From Minisyncoccota bacterium (GTDB lineage: Bacteria > Patescibacteriota > Microgenomatia > UBA1400 > PJMF01), in contig JAOUMD010000003.1 of NCBI GenBank assembly GCA_029881675.1, forward strand, positions 1 through 61,084: a stretch of DNA of 61,084 nucleotides, read 5' to 3'. The position numbers and the translations under genes are program-made. The first letter of the stretch is position 1. Each line of letters begins with the position of its first letter. A model generated the notes under the pieces. That model worked only from the letters and a program-made list of their open reading frames with translations. It ran no database searches and was not told the origin of the DNA. Positions 1-9,453 of the stretch are shown piece after piece.

Positions 1-657
1 CACAACTTTTTCAGCGCTTAATTTAATATTACTTATAATTTTTTTTGTGAAACTAGTGTTAAGTTGGTTCTGAGACTCAGAATAATCTAGATAGATATCA
101 CTTTCAATGATTTCATTTAATTTTTTAACAGCAGGTTTATCAATGATTCCAATTGTATTAGGAACAAATATATCATCTTGTTTTATAGAACCTAATACAT
201 TATGTATTGGCTGATAAAACTCTAAGGGCAATTTTTCTTTATATTTTGATAATTCTGGAATATATCCTGTAAATATAAAATCAGAACCAGTTTTAATACT
301 GTAAATTAAATCTACAAAAAAAAGTTGTGCATTATTAAAATCATTAATAATATTTTTATCATCATTTATACCAAAAGTATATTTTTTAAAAATATCACTT
401 ACCCTGCTTTGAATATCAAAGTATTTTTTGGCATCTGAAACAAGCAATCTTTTTTGTATAAATTCTGGAGACTTATTGTCAAAAACACCTTCTTTATGAT
501 CAAAAATTTGAATAAAATTTGATCCAGATTGTAATAATGATGTATATATAAAGGTTCTAAATTTAAAATCAGGTGTGTTGTTTTCAAAAATTGCACTTAC
601 AGAATCAAGACCTGAAAGGTATCCCACACTATATGGACTAATAAAAGTTTTTCTCAT
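1..657 (-). CDS. Hypothetical protein, runs off the left edge of the window
   Basis: Not in the ORF track. Read by hand as an open frame from ATG at 657 (MRKTFISPYSVGYLSG...) to position 1. Very AT-rich, no recognisable motif. Confidence 0.7.
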   Translation of the reverse strand, partial: MRKTFISPYSVGYLSGLDSVSAIFENNTPDFKFRTFIYTSLLQSGSNFIQIFDHKEGVFDNKSPEFIQKRLLVSDAKKYFDIQSRVSDIFKKYTFGINDDKNIINDFNNAQLFFVDLIYSIKTGSDFIFTGYIPELSKYKEKLPLEFYQPIHNVLGSIKQDDIFVPNTIGIIDKPAVKKLNEIIESDIYLDYSESQNQLNTSFTKKIISNIKLSAEKVV

Positions 658-794
658 TATTTTTAAATAATATTTCGTGAAATTATACCACTCAAATTTT
701 ATATAACTTTTCCTATCGCACTTCTCTCCCGCCTCTAATTTCTATCCATCACAGCCGAGTGCTAACGAGGTTGTGATACACTTTTCTGTCTTAG

Positions 795-821
795 GCGGGG
801 CGTGTGGGATGAAGTTGGAAC
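795..821 (+). repeat. 27-bp dispersed att-like repeat, copy 1
   Basis: GCGGGGCGTGTGGGATGAAGTTGGAAC aligns without gaps to 41420-41446 and 43462-43488. Confidence 0.7.
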
Positions 822-906
822 GCTTATCTCAAGTGAGAACTTATAAAAATACTAGGACTGAAAAACAATGAGTGAGTGAATAAAAAAACTTTAAAGTTGT
901 TGGAGT

Positions 907-968
907 ATGGGAGTTATGCTTCCTCCCTCCTTGGTTCCGTTGATGAACGGAGGAAGCATAACTCCCAT
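907..968. repeat. Perfect 20-bp inverted repeat (REP/MITE-like hairpin)
   Basis: ATGGGAGTTATGCTTCCTCC (907-926) and GGAGGAAGCATAACTCCCAT (949-968), 22-nt loop. Confidence 0.85.
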
Positions 969-1211
969 GCTGGTGCATGTCAAGTTTAGTTTTTTTAATA
1001 ACTTTAATATTGAAAATATTAACATAAATTTTTCCCTGTTTAGTATTGAAATATCGGTCTATTTTATATACTTTATTATATCACTTTTGAGGAAAATCTC
1101 CAGGAGAAAACGCAAAAAAACGTGAGCGGGGAGTATTGGATTTGAACTTTAATCTACTTAATAAACGGTTATATATTGCTAAGCAATCTTAATATTGCTA
1201 CTATTATTTAT

Positions 1212-1985
1212 ATGACAAAGAAAAAATCCCCCGCCCCTTTTCCAATGCAAGCAGTCTTAATGGCTGTTGTTTTTTTAATGATTGGATTTGTTTTGGGCAA
1301 AAAAATTGATATAAATAAATTAATTACTCAGACACCTGACCAAGTAATGGAAGAAAGAGCATACATTGGAGAAGCAATTGAGCTTCCTCAGCCAAGAAAA
1401 GATGGTCGAATGTCAGTTGAAAAGGCAATGCAAGAAAGAAGATCAAAGAGAGCCTACACTGATGATGCTATGGCACTTGATGATGTTTCCCAAATACTTT
1501 GGGCTATCCAAGGACAAACAGCTGATTGGGGTGGAAGAACAGTCCCATCTGCAAAAGGAGCATATCCTTTAAATGTTACTGTTGTTGCAAAGAATGTTGA
1601 CGGATTAGAAGCTGGTGTATATCACTTTGACTCTGCCACTCATTCTTTAATGCAAGTAATGGCAGAAATCCCAGCTCAGTTTGATGAAGCTGCTGTCCAA
1701 GGACAAAATAAAAAAGCTCCAGTAGCATTTATCCTTTCTGGTGACTACACTGCTATGACAAAAGCATTTGATGGAAAGAGTAATGATCAAAATGTCGTCT
1801 TAGAAGCTGGTCATGCTGGTCAAAATGTTTACCTTCAAGTTGAGAGTCTTGGGTTAGGAACAGTTGTCTCAGGTGGATTTAATAAAGTATTAATGAAAGA
1901 AATATTGGATATTCCTGCTCAAGAAGATTTGTTCTACTTGATTCCAGTTGGTATCCCAGCAACACAAGAAGCAGCAACACATTAA
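1212..1985 (+). CDS. SagB/ThcOx-family nitroreductase-like flavoprotein with N-terminal membrane anchor
   Basis: RRSKRAY, RTVPSAKGAYP and LEAGHAGQNVYLQ motifs. ATG 1212 preferred over the upstream TTG. Confidence 0.85.
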   Translation: MTKKKSPAPFPMQAVLMAVVFLMIGFVLGKKIDINKLITQTPDQVMEERAYIGEAIELPQPRKDGRMSVEKAMQERRSKRAYTDDAMALDDVSQILWAIQGQTADWGGRTVPSAKGAYPLNVTVVAKNVDGLEAGVYHFDSATHSLMQVMAEIPAQFDEAAVQGQNKKAPVAFILSGDYTAMTKAFDGKSNDQNVVLEAGHAGQNVYLQVESLGLGTVVSGGFNKVLMKEILDIPAQEDLFYLIPVGIPATQEAATH

Positions 1986-1989
1986 AGAT

Positions 1990-2355
1990 ATGAAACAAAA
2001 AAATATAATAGCATTAGCACTAATTTTATTAAGTTCTGGATTTATATTCTCTGCTTGTCTTCCTGAAAAAGAAGCTGTGGTTGTAGAAATAAAACCTACT
2101 CCAGAAGTTAATTATACTCTTGAGGATGTGAAGGGACATAAGACTAAGGCTGATTGCTGGCAAGCTATTAGTGGAATTGTTTATGACTTCACTCCATATT
2201 TAGCTGATGCTAAACACCCAGGTGGAGATGCAATGGCAAAGGACTGTGGCACTGATGCAACCTTTAGGTATGAGAATGACCCTGAGCATTCTGACTATGC
2301 TAAGTCTCTCTTACCTGAGTATGCTATCGGTAAGTTGGTCGTTGCTGAAAAATAG
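1990..2355 (+). CDS. Lipoprotein with cytochrome b5-like heme/steroid-binding domain
   Basis: Lipobox-like FSAC; H..KADCW, VYDFT, HPGG, G.DAT, HS..A motifs. Confidence 0.85.
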   Translation: MKQKNIIALALILLSSGFIFSACLPEKEAVVVEIKPTPEVNYTLEDVKGHKTKADCWQAISGIVYDFTPYLADAKHPGGDAMAKDCGTDATFRYENDPEHSDYAKSLLPEYAIGKLVVAEK

Positions 2356-2372
2356 TTTATTTTTAATATAAT

Positions 2373-2408
2373 AAAACGCTTCATCTTGTATGATGAAGCG
2401 TTGTTTTT
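2373..2408. terminator. Bidirectional intrinsic terminator
   Basis: AACGCTTCATC-ttgtat-GATGAAGCGTT stem with A/T tracts, between convergent genes. Confidence 0.8.
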
Positions 2409-2420
2409 ATGTTTTTGTTG

Positions 2421-2645
2421 TTATCGTCCAAATATTGTCTCCATTACAGCTGTCAAGATCAATACCAGTATTAGTGTGCCCAAGAGAGTGATTACTCCAA
2501 GGGAGATAGTCATGCCAATCAGTACAGCGATTGGCCCGAATAAAAAACGTTCAAATTTACTAGTTTGGTGTCCATCAATGTTTACGTCATCGGTGACAAA
2601 CACACAAATTAGTCCAATGATAATGTACAAGATCACAAAATTCAT
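2421..2645 (-). CDS. Small orphan membrane protein
   Basis: Hydrophobic ORF; ATG 2645 preceded by AGAGG; own promoter and terminator. Confidence 0.6.
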   Translation of the reverse strand: MNFVILYIIIGLICVFVTDDVNIDGHQTSKFERFLFGPIAVLIGMTISLGVITLLGTLILVLILTAVMETIFGR

Positions 2646-2699
2646 CTTTATCCTCTTTATTCTCTCAGCAAAATTCAAATCAAACAGATAACAAAGGGT

Positions 2700-2728
2700 A
2701 TTTTATGATTATAGGATAAATATGTCAA
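2700..2728 (-). promoter_or_regulatory. Sigma70-type promoter
   Basis: TTGACA-N17-TAAAAT on the minus strand. Confidence 0.65.
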
Positions 2729-2833
2729 CTAAAGTGTCAAAATGATCCTGTACTTTGACGCTGTTCGAACTTTTTTTGATTATAAATCAATCAATTAGAG
2801 ACTTTAGAAAAGATTAATGTTAAAAATAGATAT

Positions 2834-3253
2834 ATGTCAAAAGAAACTCAAACTTCATTTCTTAATCCAGAAAAACCAAACTTTTATATGGATGATATAT
2901 TCAACATTGCAGATAAAGTTTCAGATGAAAATGGAATAATTCTTCCTGATATAACAGAAGCTGATTTAGCAATTCCTATGACAATTGGGAGTGAAGTTGT
3001 AGGCTTAGGATTTCTTTTTATTAAGGGAGATGAGGCTGTGTTAATGAGAATGATAGATCCAGATCATCAGGGAAAAGGCTTAAGTTATAAATTGATGGAT
3101 GAAATAATTAGAATTGCACAAAAAAAAGGTGTTTCAAAATTAGTTTCTGTTGTAAAAGATACATTATCTTCAAGAAAAGCCCTAGAATCGTCTGGATTTG
3201 AAATTGACTGGGAAGAGGAAGGAAAAATTAGATACGTTAAACAACTAAATTAG
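2834..3253 (+). CDS. GNAT-family N-acetyltransferase
   Basis: IDPDHQGKGLS acetyl-CoA-binding motif and SRKALESSGF. Confidence 0.8.
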   Translation: MSKETQTSFLNPEKPNFYMDDIFNIADKVSDENGIILPDITEADLAIPMTIGSEVVGLGFLFIKGDEAVLMRMIDPDHQGKGLSYKLMDEIIRIAQKKGVSKLVSVVKDTLSSRKALESSGFEIDWEEEGKIRYVKQLN

Positions 3254-3267
3254 GTTATAGACTTGTG

Positions 3268-3338
3268 ATCCCGTGCCAGGGGTCGAACCTAGGATAACTG
3301 ATTCAGAGACAGTTGTGATGCCACTTCACTACACGGGA
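3268..3338 (-). tRNA. tRNA-Gln(CTG)
   Basis: Cloverleaf: acceptor TCCCGTG/CACGGGA, D arm GTGA/TCAC, anticodon loop CTCTGAA, T arm CTAGG-TTCGACC-CCTGG. CCA not encoded. Confidence 0.9.
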
Positions 3339-3453
3339 TTGTTAACTTGGGGTAATTATAACCTAGGTTTATTTAAAACCAAAATTTGCTTTTATCTTTG
3401 ATAAATAATACTTTTGCTTGTTATATATTAATTGTTCTATAATTTTCTTTAAT

Positions 3454-3879
3454 ATGAAAGACAAAAAATCATCGTCAAATAAGAACCTAATTATGCGTAT
3501 CTATCTATTCTTCTTTATGGGAGTAGGTTTAATTATGATGGTTATTGGTACATATGGCTTAGGTCAGAATTTTTATAAATCTAAATTACTTCCTAAATAT
3601 CCTCTAGGTGGATATGAGCAACGCTGTGACTATTTAGAAGGATCCCCACGGGCTATGCCAATTGGAAAACCTGGAGTAATGATAGAAGATGTTGAGTTAA
3701 GTGAAGAAGTTATAGAGAAGAATAAGAAAGCTGTTGCTGACTGTGAAGCTAATTTAGCTGAAGAAAGACAAACTAGAAAAGTTACTGATTTATATAATTC
3801 ATTGATTACTTTCTCTATTGGGTTTGTTCTATTTAGTAGTCATTTGATCGTAAATATAAAAGTGGGAAGTAAGTCTTAG
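3454..3879 (+). CDS. Hypothetical two-TM membrane protein
   Basis: Two hydrophobic helices flanking a loop with two Cys. Confidence 0.7.
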   Translation: MKDKKSSSNKNLIMRIYLFFFMGVGLIMMVIGTYGLGQNFYKSKLLPKYPLGGYEQRCDYLEGSPRAMPIGKPGVMIEDVELSEEVIEKNKKAVADCEANLAEERQTRKVTDLYNSLITFSIGFVLFSSHLIVNIKVGSKS

Positions 3880-3937
3880 ATATGTATTTATTTTACTCGA
3901 TACTAGTGTTTAGCTTGTTATGTTAAACTAAGTATTA

Positions 3938-4645
3938 GTGAAAAATTTCATTAATCAAGACGCTTATTTAACTGAGTTTAATGTGCATAAAAAATATGCA
4001 TCCTCTGAATTAATTCTTGATCTTGTTTGGACTCACTGTAACATCATTGCTGATATTGCTCTTAATCTTATCCAAAAAAATAATTTAAGTAATGCTGAAT
4101 ATCATCCAGGTGTTGTGGTACAAGCAGCACTACTTCATGACATTGGTGTTTACGTTTGTGATGGTTATGAATGGTTAACTAATCAACCTCCATTTAATAA
4201 GCCATATGTGCAACATACTCTTGCTGGAGCATGGATTTTAAAAGAAGAAGGTTTTAGTGCTGATGTTATTCAGGTTGCCCATGTTCATGCAGGTGTGGGA
4301 ATTACAAATGATGATATAAATAAGTTTGGTTTACAATTGCCAGATGGTGACTATGTCCCTACTACACCAGTCCAAAGACTTGTTACTTATTCAGCTAAGT
4401 TTCATTCAAAAGCACCAAAGTTTAAAACAGTAGAAGAAATAGAAGAATCATTGAAAAGATATGGTGATGAAAAGAATAAAATATTTAGAGAATTTGTTAG
4501 TGAGTATGGCCATCCTGATTTAGACTCAATCATAAAGAAATATGATACTTGGCATCAAGCTTTTGCATATGAAACTGGGCAGTTAACTAATATAACAACG
4601 GCTCCAAATTTAAACTCAGCAGGAATTGCTACTCATCCTTTTTAA
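3938..4645 (+). CDS. HD-domain protein
   Basis: THC...AALLHDIG...HTLAG motifs; the last conserved Asp appears replaced (YSAK). Confidence 0.75.
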   Translation: MKNFINQDAYLTEFNVHKKYASSELILDLVWTHCNIIADIALNLIQKNNLSNAEYHPGVVVQAALLHDIGVYVCDGYEWLTNQPPFNKPYVQHTLAGAWILKEEGFSADVIQVAHVHAGVGITNDDINKFGLQLPDGDYVPTTPVQRLVTYSAKFHSKAPKFKTVEEIEESLKRYGDEKNKIFREFVSEYGHPDLDSIIKKYDTWHQAFAYETGQLTNITTAPNLNSAGIATHPF

Positions 4646-6031
4646 TTATTCAAACATTTGTTTGGTACGAAGTTTTTTATGTTGTTTTTGAGCAAAGCGA
4701 TGTGATTCATCTCTGATTTGTTGAAGAATGTTTAGAGTAGGGTGGCTTGGATCTAACTTTATTATTTTATATTCAATCTTTGGTTTGGTTCCACTTACCT
4801 TAGTTCTTTCATTGATTAGAGGAATAACTATCCTATCAGGGTTTTTAACCAGACCGATTATTGGAGTTTGCCACTGCCAAACACTTAGCGCTGCTCTAAC
4901 CTGACCCTTTCCCCCATCTACCATGATTAGGTTTGGTTTTCCCCACTCTGGATGGTCTTGACGACGTATTAATGCTTCTTTCATCATGCCATAATCATTT
5001 GGAGTATCAAGAGTTTTAATATTAAAAATTTTATATTTACTTTTATCTGGTTGTCCATCGGTAAAGGTAACCAAAGAAACAGATGGATTTGTACCTTGGA
5101 TATTACTAACATCATATCCTTCAATAGTTGTTAGAGGCCAGCCTTTTGGGATAGCTAAATAGTCTCTAAGTATTTTTTGAAGTTGGATTAATCCCTCACT
5201 TGTTCTTGTTAGCTGAAGTTGTGGAAGAGTTAAATTGGGGCTAAGTTTTCTCTGTGTAACATCTTCAATTAATTCAAGTTGCTCTTTTCTGATTTGAGCT
5301 TTTTCAAATTCTTCATCTTTTGAAAATTGCGTCATTTCTGCTGTTATTTGTTTGACCACAGTTTTCTTTTTTCCTCTAAGGAATAGAATTAAATTTTTAA
5401 TATTGTCATTATAGTCTTGGCTAGTAATTTCCCCAGTACAAGCTCCAGAACAAAGATCAATGTGATAGTAGAAACAAGCTGTATCCCCACTAGGATTTTT
5501 ACACCACTTAAATATTTTTCTGACTAATTTTAAGACCTCTTTTACTTTAAATGCACTTGGGAATGGTCCAAGGACAGTTCCTTTAGGAGTTTTTCTGATT
5601 AGTTCCTTTTTCCTTAAAGTTAAAACTCGAGGAAATTTCTCATTTGTAATATGAATATATAAAGGAGTTTTATCATCCTTAAGTAAGATATTATATTTTG
5701 GTTGATGAGTTCTAATTAATTCTGCTTCAACAAGTAATGCTTCAAGCTCACTTTCTAGAACTTTAAATTTAAGTGTTGCTGCCGTAGTAGAGAGTTGTTT
5801 GATTCGATTGTTTAATCTAGTTGTTTGGGTATATGAGCGGATTCTATTACGAAGTTTTTTAGCTTTTCCGACGTAGAGTACTTCTCCATTTTGAGATAAG
5901 AACCAATATACTCCCGGAGATAAGGGCAAGTGTGACAAATCCTGCGCCCACGCTAAGGGTGAAGATTGGGTTTTCAAATCTTTTGAAGGCAATTGGGACA
6001 ACTGTAGTGGTGATGTTGGCTGTTTTGTCAT
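4646..6031 (-). CDS. uvrC: Excinuclease ABC subunit C, lacking the C-terminal HhH domain
   Basis: GIY-YIG motifs (PGVY..LYVGKA..LRNR), UVR domain, IEGYDVSN, VDGGKGQ, RDESHRFA. Start uncertain. Confidence 0.92.
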   Translation of the reverse strand: MTKQPTSPLQLSQLPSKDLKTQSSPLAWAQDLSHLPLSPGVYWFLSQNGEVLYVGKAKKLRNRIRSYTQTTRLNNRIKQLSTTAATLKFKVLESELEALLVEAELIRTHQPKYNILLKDDKTPLYIHITNEKFPRVLTLRKKELIRKTPKGTVLGPFPSAFKVKEVLKLVRKIFKWCKNPSGDTACFYYHIDLCSGACTGEITSQDYNDNIKNLILFLRGKKKTVVKQITAEMTQFSKDEEFEKAQIRKEQLELIEDVTQRKLSPNLTLPQLQLTRTSEGLIQLQKILRDYLAIPKGWPLTTIEGYDVSNIQGTNPSVSLVTFTDGQPDKSKYKIFNIKTLDTPNDYGMMKEALIRRQDHPEWGKPNLIMVDGGKGQVRAALSVWQWQTPIIGLVKNPDRIVIPLINERTKVSGTKPKIEYKIIKLDPSHPTLNILQQIRDESHRFAQKQHKKLRTKQMFE

Positions 6032-7745
6032 TGTAACTTATATTTATGTTTTCTTGTTTTGGCCAGAAAAAGCCGTCTGCATAAGCATTTATTTTAACTT
6101 CTTTTTTCTCAAAAGGTAGCAGGTAATTTATTTTATAGTCACTAGGAAGAGTTAATCTAGTCTCATTATTTTCTGGAGTAAAGTTAAGGCTCAAATTATA
6201 ATGAGCTTGTCCTGTCCTGTTAAATATATATAGCTTAGTTGATCCTGGAACTGGCCAATTAAGTAAATTATTATCTACAATTTTGAATTCTAAATCAGGA
6301 GAGACACTGAGAAATTGGTTTGAGAAACTAACTTCAATATCTTTGGCCCCTTCTTCTCCTTCTAACTTATATGATCCGGCTGGGTATGGGAGCTGACTAG
6401 ATTGTCCATTGATGGCAAAGACAATGTGATTTAGATCAAATTGATTAAAGTAGTCTACTCCACCAGAAGTATTCTCCCAGGTTGGGTCTACTGGGATCCA
6501 ACTACCTTTCTCATTATCAAAATATTCTGGCCAGGCATGAAGAATGTCTTCAACAAAACTTAATGGTCTAAGAATTTCATTTTGAGTATATGAATATCCG
6601 GTTATTCTACGGGATGGAACTCCTTGAGCCCTTGCAAAAGTGATAAACAGATCTGAGAACTCTTGGCATAGCGATCCGCTAGGGTTTTCAAGAGCACCTA
6701 ATGCACCAAGTCTTTCTACTTCGTTATCTAAATTGTTATAGTCATATTCAAGAGAATCGACAACATAGTCATATGAATCTTTGAGTGACGAGAATCCACT
6801 TGTTAATTCTGTAATATTTTTATGATCTGTAGGCCAGTATTTTTGGGAGTTAAGTAAGTTTTTATCTGGCTGGGCAAAAGGAATACTATTATCTGGGTCT
6901 AGAGTTATTTTTATTAGTAAGTGAGCATTAACGATAGTGGCACTATTTGGTTCTAATCTATAAGTTGCAATCCAATTTCCATCAATATCTTTATGAATTT
7001 CATTTGGAATTGGGTCAAGTGTTTTATAATTTACCCTTTGATATGGAGTATCAGGTGGAAGTGCTACTTGGGTAATATTAGTAGTGTTGGTTGGATTTTC
7101 GAGAGAATACCTTAAATCCATGTCAAATATTTGAGTATTACCAAAAAGAAGCGAAGCTCCTTCTCCCCGAAGGTTTTCAAATGTGGTTAAAATGTCTTGA
7201 GAATCTGAGCTGAGTCTAGTATTAAATGATTGAGGTCTAGCTCGAGTAGGAAGGCCAAAAGCAAGAGGAGTGAAAATACTGACTTTATGTTGATCAAACT
7301 CATCTGGGTTTGCTTGATGTGGGATAGAAACTTCAAGAACTTGGCCACTGATAACAGCTACATCTGGATTATTATATGTAATGGTAAAGTCACGAGCTTT
7401 ATTTTGACCAACTACTTGGTCTGGGAAAGTGATACCAATATTAGTTAGATTGTTTGTGCTGACAACTTCTGTAGAAATTTCTTCTCCAGAGTTGTCTCTA
7501 GTGACAACGTTTGTAATTTCACTTGAGCTTAATTTGAGACCATACTGCTTTATAAAGACAGTAGGGTTAAGATTTTTTATTTTAAAATGATGAGATACTT
7601 TTGTGTCTCCATTTGCAGTAACTGTGTAGGAAGTATCTAAATTTACAGAGAAGTCTCTTTCTTGGGCTTTGACAGAACTAGTGGCAATAAAGGCCAGAGC
7701 AACAAAAACAACCAGTGCAAAAACTGTTTTTTTAATTAAGTTCAT
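5859..7745 (-). CDS. Secreted, membrane-anchored transglutaminase-like protein
   Basis: Signal peptide; CQEF / HAWPE / DPTW catalytic triad; C-terminal TM helix followed by a basic tail. Confidence 0.85.
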   Translation of the reverse strand: MNLIKKTVFALVVFVALAFIATSSVKAQERDFSVNLDTSYTVTANGDTKVSHHFKIKNLNPTVFIKQYGLKLSSSEITNVVTRDNSGEEISTEVVSTNNLTNIGITFPDQVVGQNKARDFTITYNNPDVAVISGQVLEVSIPHQANPDEFDQHKVSIFTPLAFGLPTRARPQSFNTRLSSDSQDILTTFENLRGEGASLLFGNTQIFDMDLRYSLENPTNTTNITQVALPPDTPYQRVNYKTLDPIPNEIHKDIDGNWIATYRLEPNSATIVNAHLLIKITLDPDNSIPFAQPDKNLLNSQKYWPTDHKNITELTSGFSSLKDSYDYVVDSLEYDYNNLDNEVERLGALGALENPSGSLCQEFSDLFITFARAQGVPSRRITGYSYTQNEILRPLSFVEDILHAWPEYFDNEKGSWIPVDPTWENTSGGVDYFNQFDLNHIVFAINGQSSQLPYPAGSYKLEGEEGAKDIEVSFSNQFLSVSPDLEFKIVDNNLLNWPVPGSTKLYIFNRTGQAHYNLSLNFTPENNETRLTLPSDYKINYLLPFEKKEVKINAYADGFFWPKQENINISYNDKTANITTTVVPIAFKRFENPIFTLSVGAGFVTLALISGSILVLISKWRSTLRRKS

Positions 7746-7851
7746 TACCTTCCATTTTAACCTAAAAATTACTCCTATGTTTACCCTATTAATGATCTGG
7801 TAGAATCAAAAATATATCGTTATAAAAAAAATAATATACTTGAGGAAACAT

Positions 7852-8778
7852 ATGGAAATCAAAAAAATTATAGTTACAGGTGGTTCAGGTTTTTTAGGTC
7901 ATCACTTGCTTAGAGCTTTAGACAAGGCTGGTTACCAGGCTAAAAATATTGATTTAAGAGAAAATAAAGAGTTTGAGACTGTTATTGCTGATGTCAGAGA
8001 TACTGAGAAGATGCTCGAAGAAGTTAAAGATGCCGATATGGTCTTTCACTTAGCTAGCTTGATTGAAGCTGGAGAGTCTGTAGAAAAACCTCAAAAATAT
8101 ATTGATTACAACATTGATGGCACTTTAAGTGTGCTTGAAGCAATGAAAGCTAATGGAATTAAGACCTTTATTTTCTCTTCCAGTGCTGCCGTCTATGGTG
8201 AACCAATCAGAGTCCCGATAAAAGAAGATGATAGAACTATGCCGGTTAATCCATATGGTATGACCAAGTTAGCCATGGAAGCACTTCTCTCTTCATATGT
8301 GGGAGCTCATGGCTTTACAGGGATTGCTCTGAGATACTTTAATCTTTATGGTCCAGGAGAACATCATGAGCCAGAAACTCATGCTATGCCAAGATTTATT
8401 AAGCAAATCTATGATGACAAAGAAGTAACTGTCTGGGGTTCTGGAGAACATAAGCGTGACTATGTCCATGTAACAGATATTGTTGATGCTCATCTTAAAG
8501 CAATTAAGCTTGCAGAAAGAGAACCAGAGAAATATCACTATATGAATCTCTCTGCAGAAGATCCTGCTTCAGTGCTTGATATTGTCAGTGCTGTAGAAAA
8601 AGCAATGAATAAAAAAGCTAATGTAAAACACTTCGATCCTAGACCTGGAGATCCTCTTCTTCTTTATGCAGATGCAACAAAAGCAAAGGAAACTCTATCT
8701 TGGGAAGCTAAGATTAGCTTAGAAGATGGAATTAAAGAAGTTGTTGATTACTTTACAGAGTATTGGGAGAAGAATTAG
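7852..8778 (+). CDS. NAD-dependent epimerase/dehydratase (GalE-like)
   Basis: TGGSGFLG, SSSAAVYG, YGMTK, LRYFNLYGP motifs. Confidence 0.9.
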   Translation: MEIKKIIVTGGSGFLGHHLLRALDKAGYQAKNIDLRENKEFETVIADVRDTEKMLEEVKDADMVFHLASLIEAGESVEKPQKYIDYNIDGTLSVLEAMKANGIKTFIFSSSAAVYGEPIRVPIKEDDRTMPVNPYGMTKLAMEALLSSYVGAHGFTGIALRYFNLYGPGEHHEPETHAMPRFIKQIYDDKEVTVWGSGEHKRDYVHVTDIVDAHLKAIKLAEREPEKYHYMNLSAEDPASVLDIVSAVEKAMNKKANVKHFDPRPGDPLLLYADATKAKETLSWEAKISLEDGIKEVVDYFTEYWEKN

Positions 8779-8799
8779 TTCAAAGTTTATCAATTTAAT

Positions 8800-9378
8800 A
8801 TGAAAAAAATTATTCTTGCTTCTGGTTCTAAACAAAGAAGACTTCTCTTTGAAACTCTTGGTTTAGAGTTTGAGATTATTCCTGCTGATATTGATGAGAA
8901 AGCAGTTGCTTTTGATGATCTTAAATCTAGGGCTGAGAATATAGCCAGAGCCAAGGCAGAGGAAGTTGCTAAAAATAACCCAGAAGCCATTATCATTGCT
9001 GCTGATACATATGTAGTTAAAGATGGTAAAGCCTTGGAGAAACCAAGAGACTTAGATGAAGCAGAAGCGATGATTAAAGATCTATCTGGGGATCAATCTG
9101 TGGCTTATTCTGGTTACTGCTATATAGACAAAGAAGCTAATATCGATGAGTCTGGTGTAGCAGAAACTGTCACCAAGTTTAGAAGATTATCCCCTGAGTT
9201 TATTCAGCACTACGTAAACAATAATCCAGTCAAAGATTGGTCTGCTTCTTTCTCCCCTGCCTACCATGAGGGTATGGCATTGGTGGATAGTATTGAGGGT
9301 TCTTTTACCAGTTTTACTCATGGTTTACCCTTAGAAATTATTGTGCCGTTACTTCAAAAGTCAGGGGTTAAGATTTAA
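8800..9378 (+). CDS. maf: Maf-family nucleotide pyrophosphatase
   Basis: IILASGS..RR.L, IDE, AADT, LEKP motifs. Confidence 0.9.
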   Translation: MKKIILASGSKQRRLLFETLGLEFEIIPADIDEKAVAFDDLKSRAENIARAKAEEVAKNNPEAIIIAADTYVVKDGKALEKPRDLDEAEAMIKDLSGDQSVAYSGYCYIDKEANIDESGVAETVTKFRRLSPEFIQHYVNNNPVKDWSASFSPAYHEGMALVDSIEGSFTSFTHGLPLEIIVPLLQKSGVKI

Positions 9379-9418
9379 TTCTACTTGACTAATTATATAT
9401 TTATCCTGTCCCATAGTA

Positions 9419-9447
9419 TTGACATAACTATATCAAAGTGTTATAAT
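9419..9447 (+). promoter_or_regulatory. Consensus sigma70 promoter
   Basis: TTGACA-N17-TATAAT. Confidence 0.8.
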
Positions 9448-9453
9448 TAAACA

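Noticed and set aside
399..596. 65-aa minus-strand ORF
   Set aside because: It lies out of frame inside the longer open frame 657 to 1.
907..1125. 72-aa ORF in the track
   Set aside because: It starts inside the 20-bp palindrome and runs through low-complexity AT-rich DNA; probably spurious.
2708..2728. TTGACA-N9-TATAAT as a short-spacer promoter
   Set aside because: A normal 17-bp spacing to TAAAAT exists, so the inner TATAAT is treated as part of the shared spacer motif.
3268..3338. U-U mismatch in the tRNA-Gln anticodon stem as a sign of a pseudo- or suppressor tRNA
   Set aside because: The rest of the cloverleaf is intact and the anticodon is CTG, not CTA.
3901..3930. TTATGTTAAAC resembling the XerD arm of dif
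   Set aside because: No XerC arm at the right spacing; better explained as the promoter of the HD gene.
4646..4720. UvrC lacking the HhH domain as a pseudogene
   Set aside because: Both nuclease domains are intact and the ORF ends cleanly against the convergent gene.
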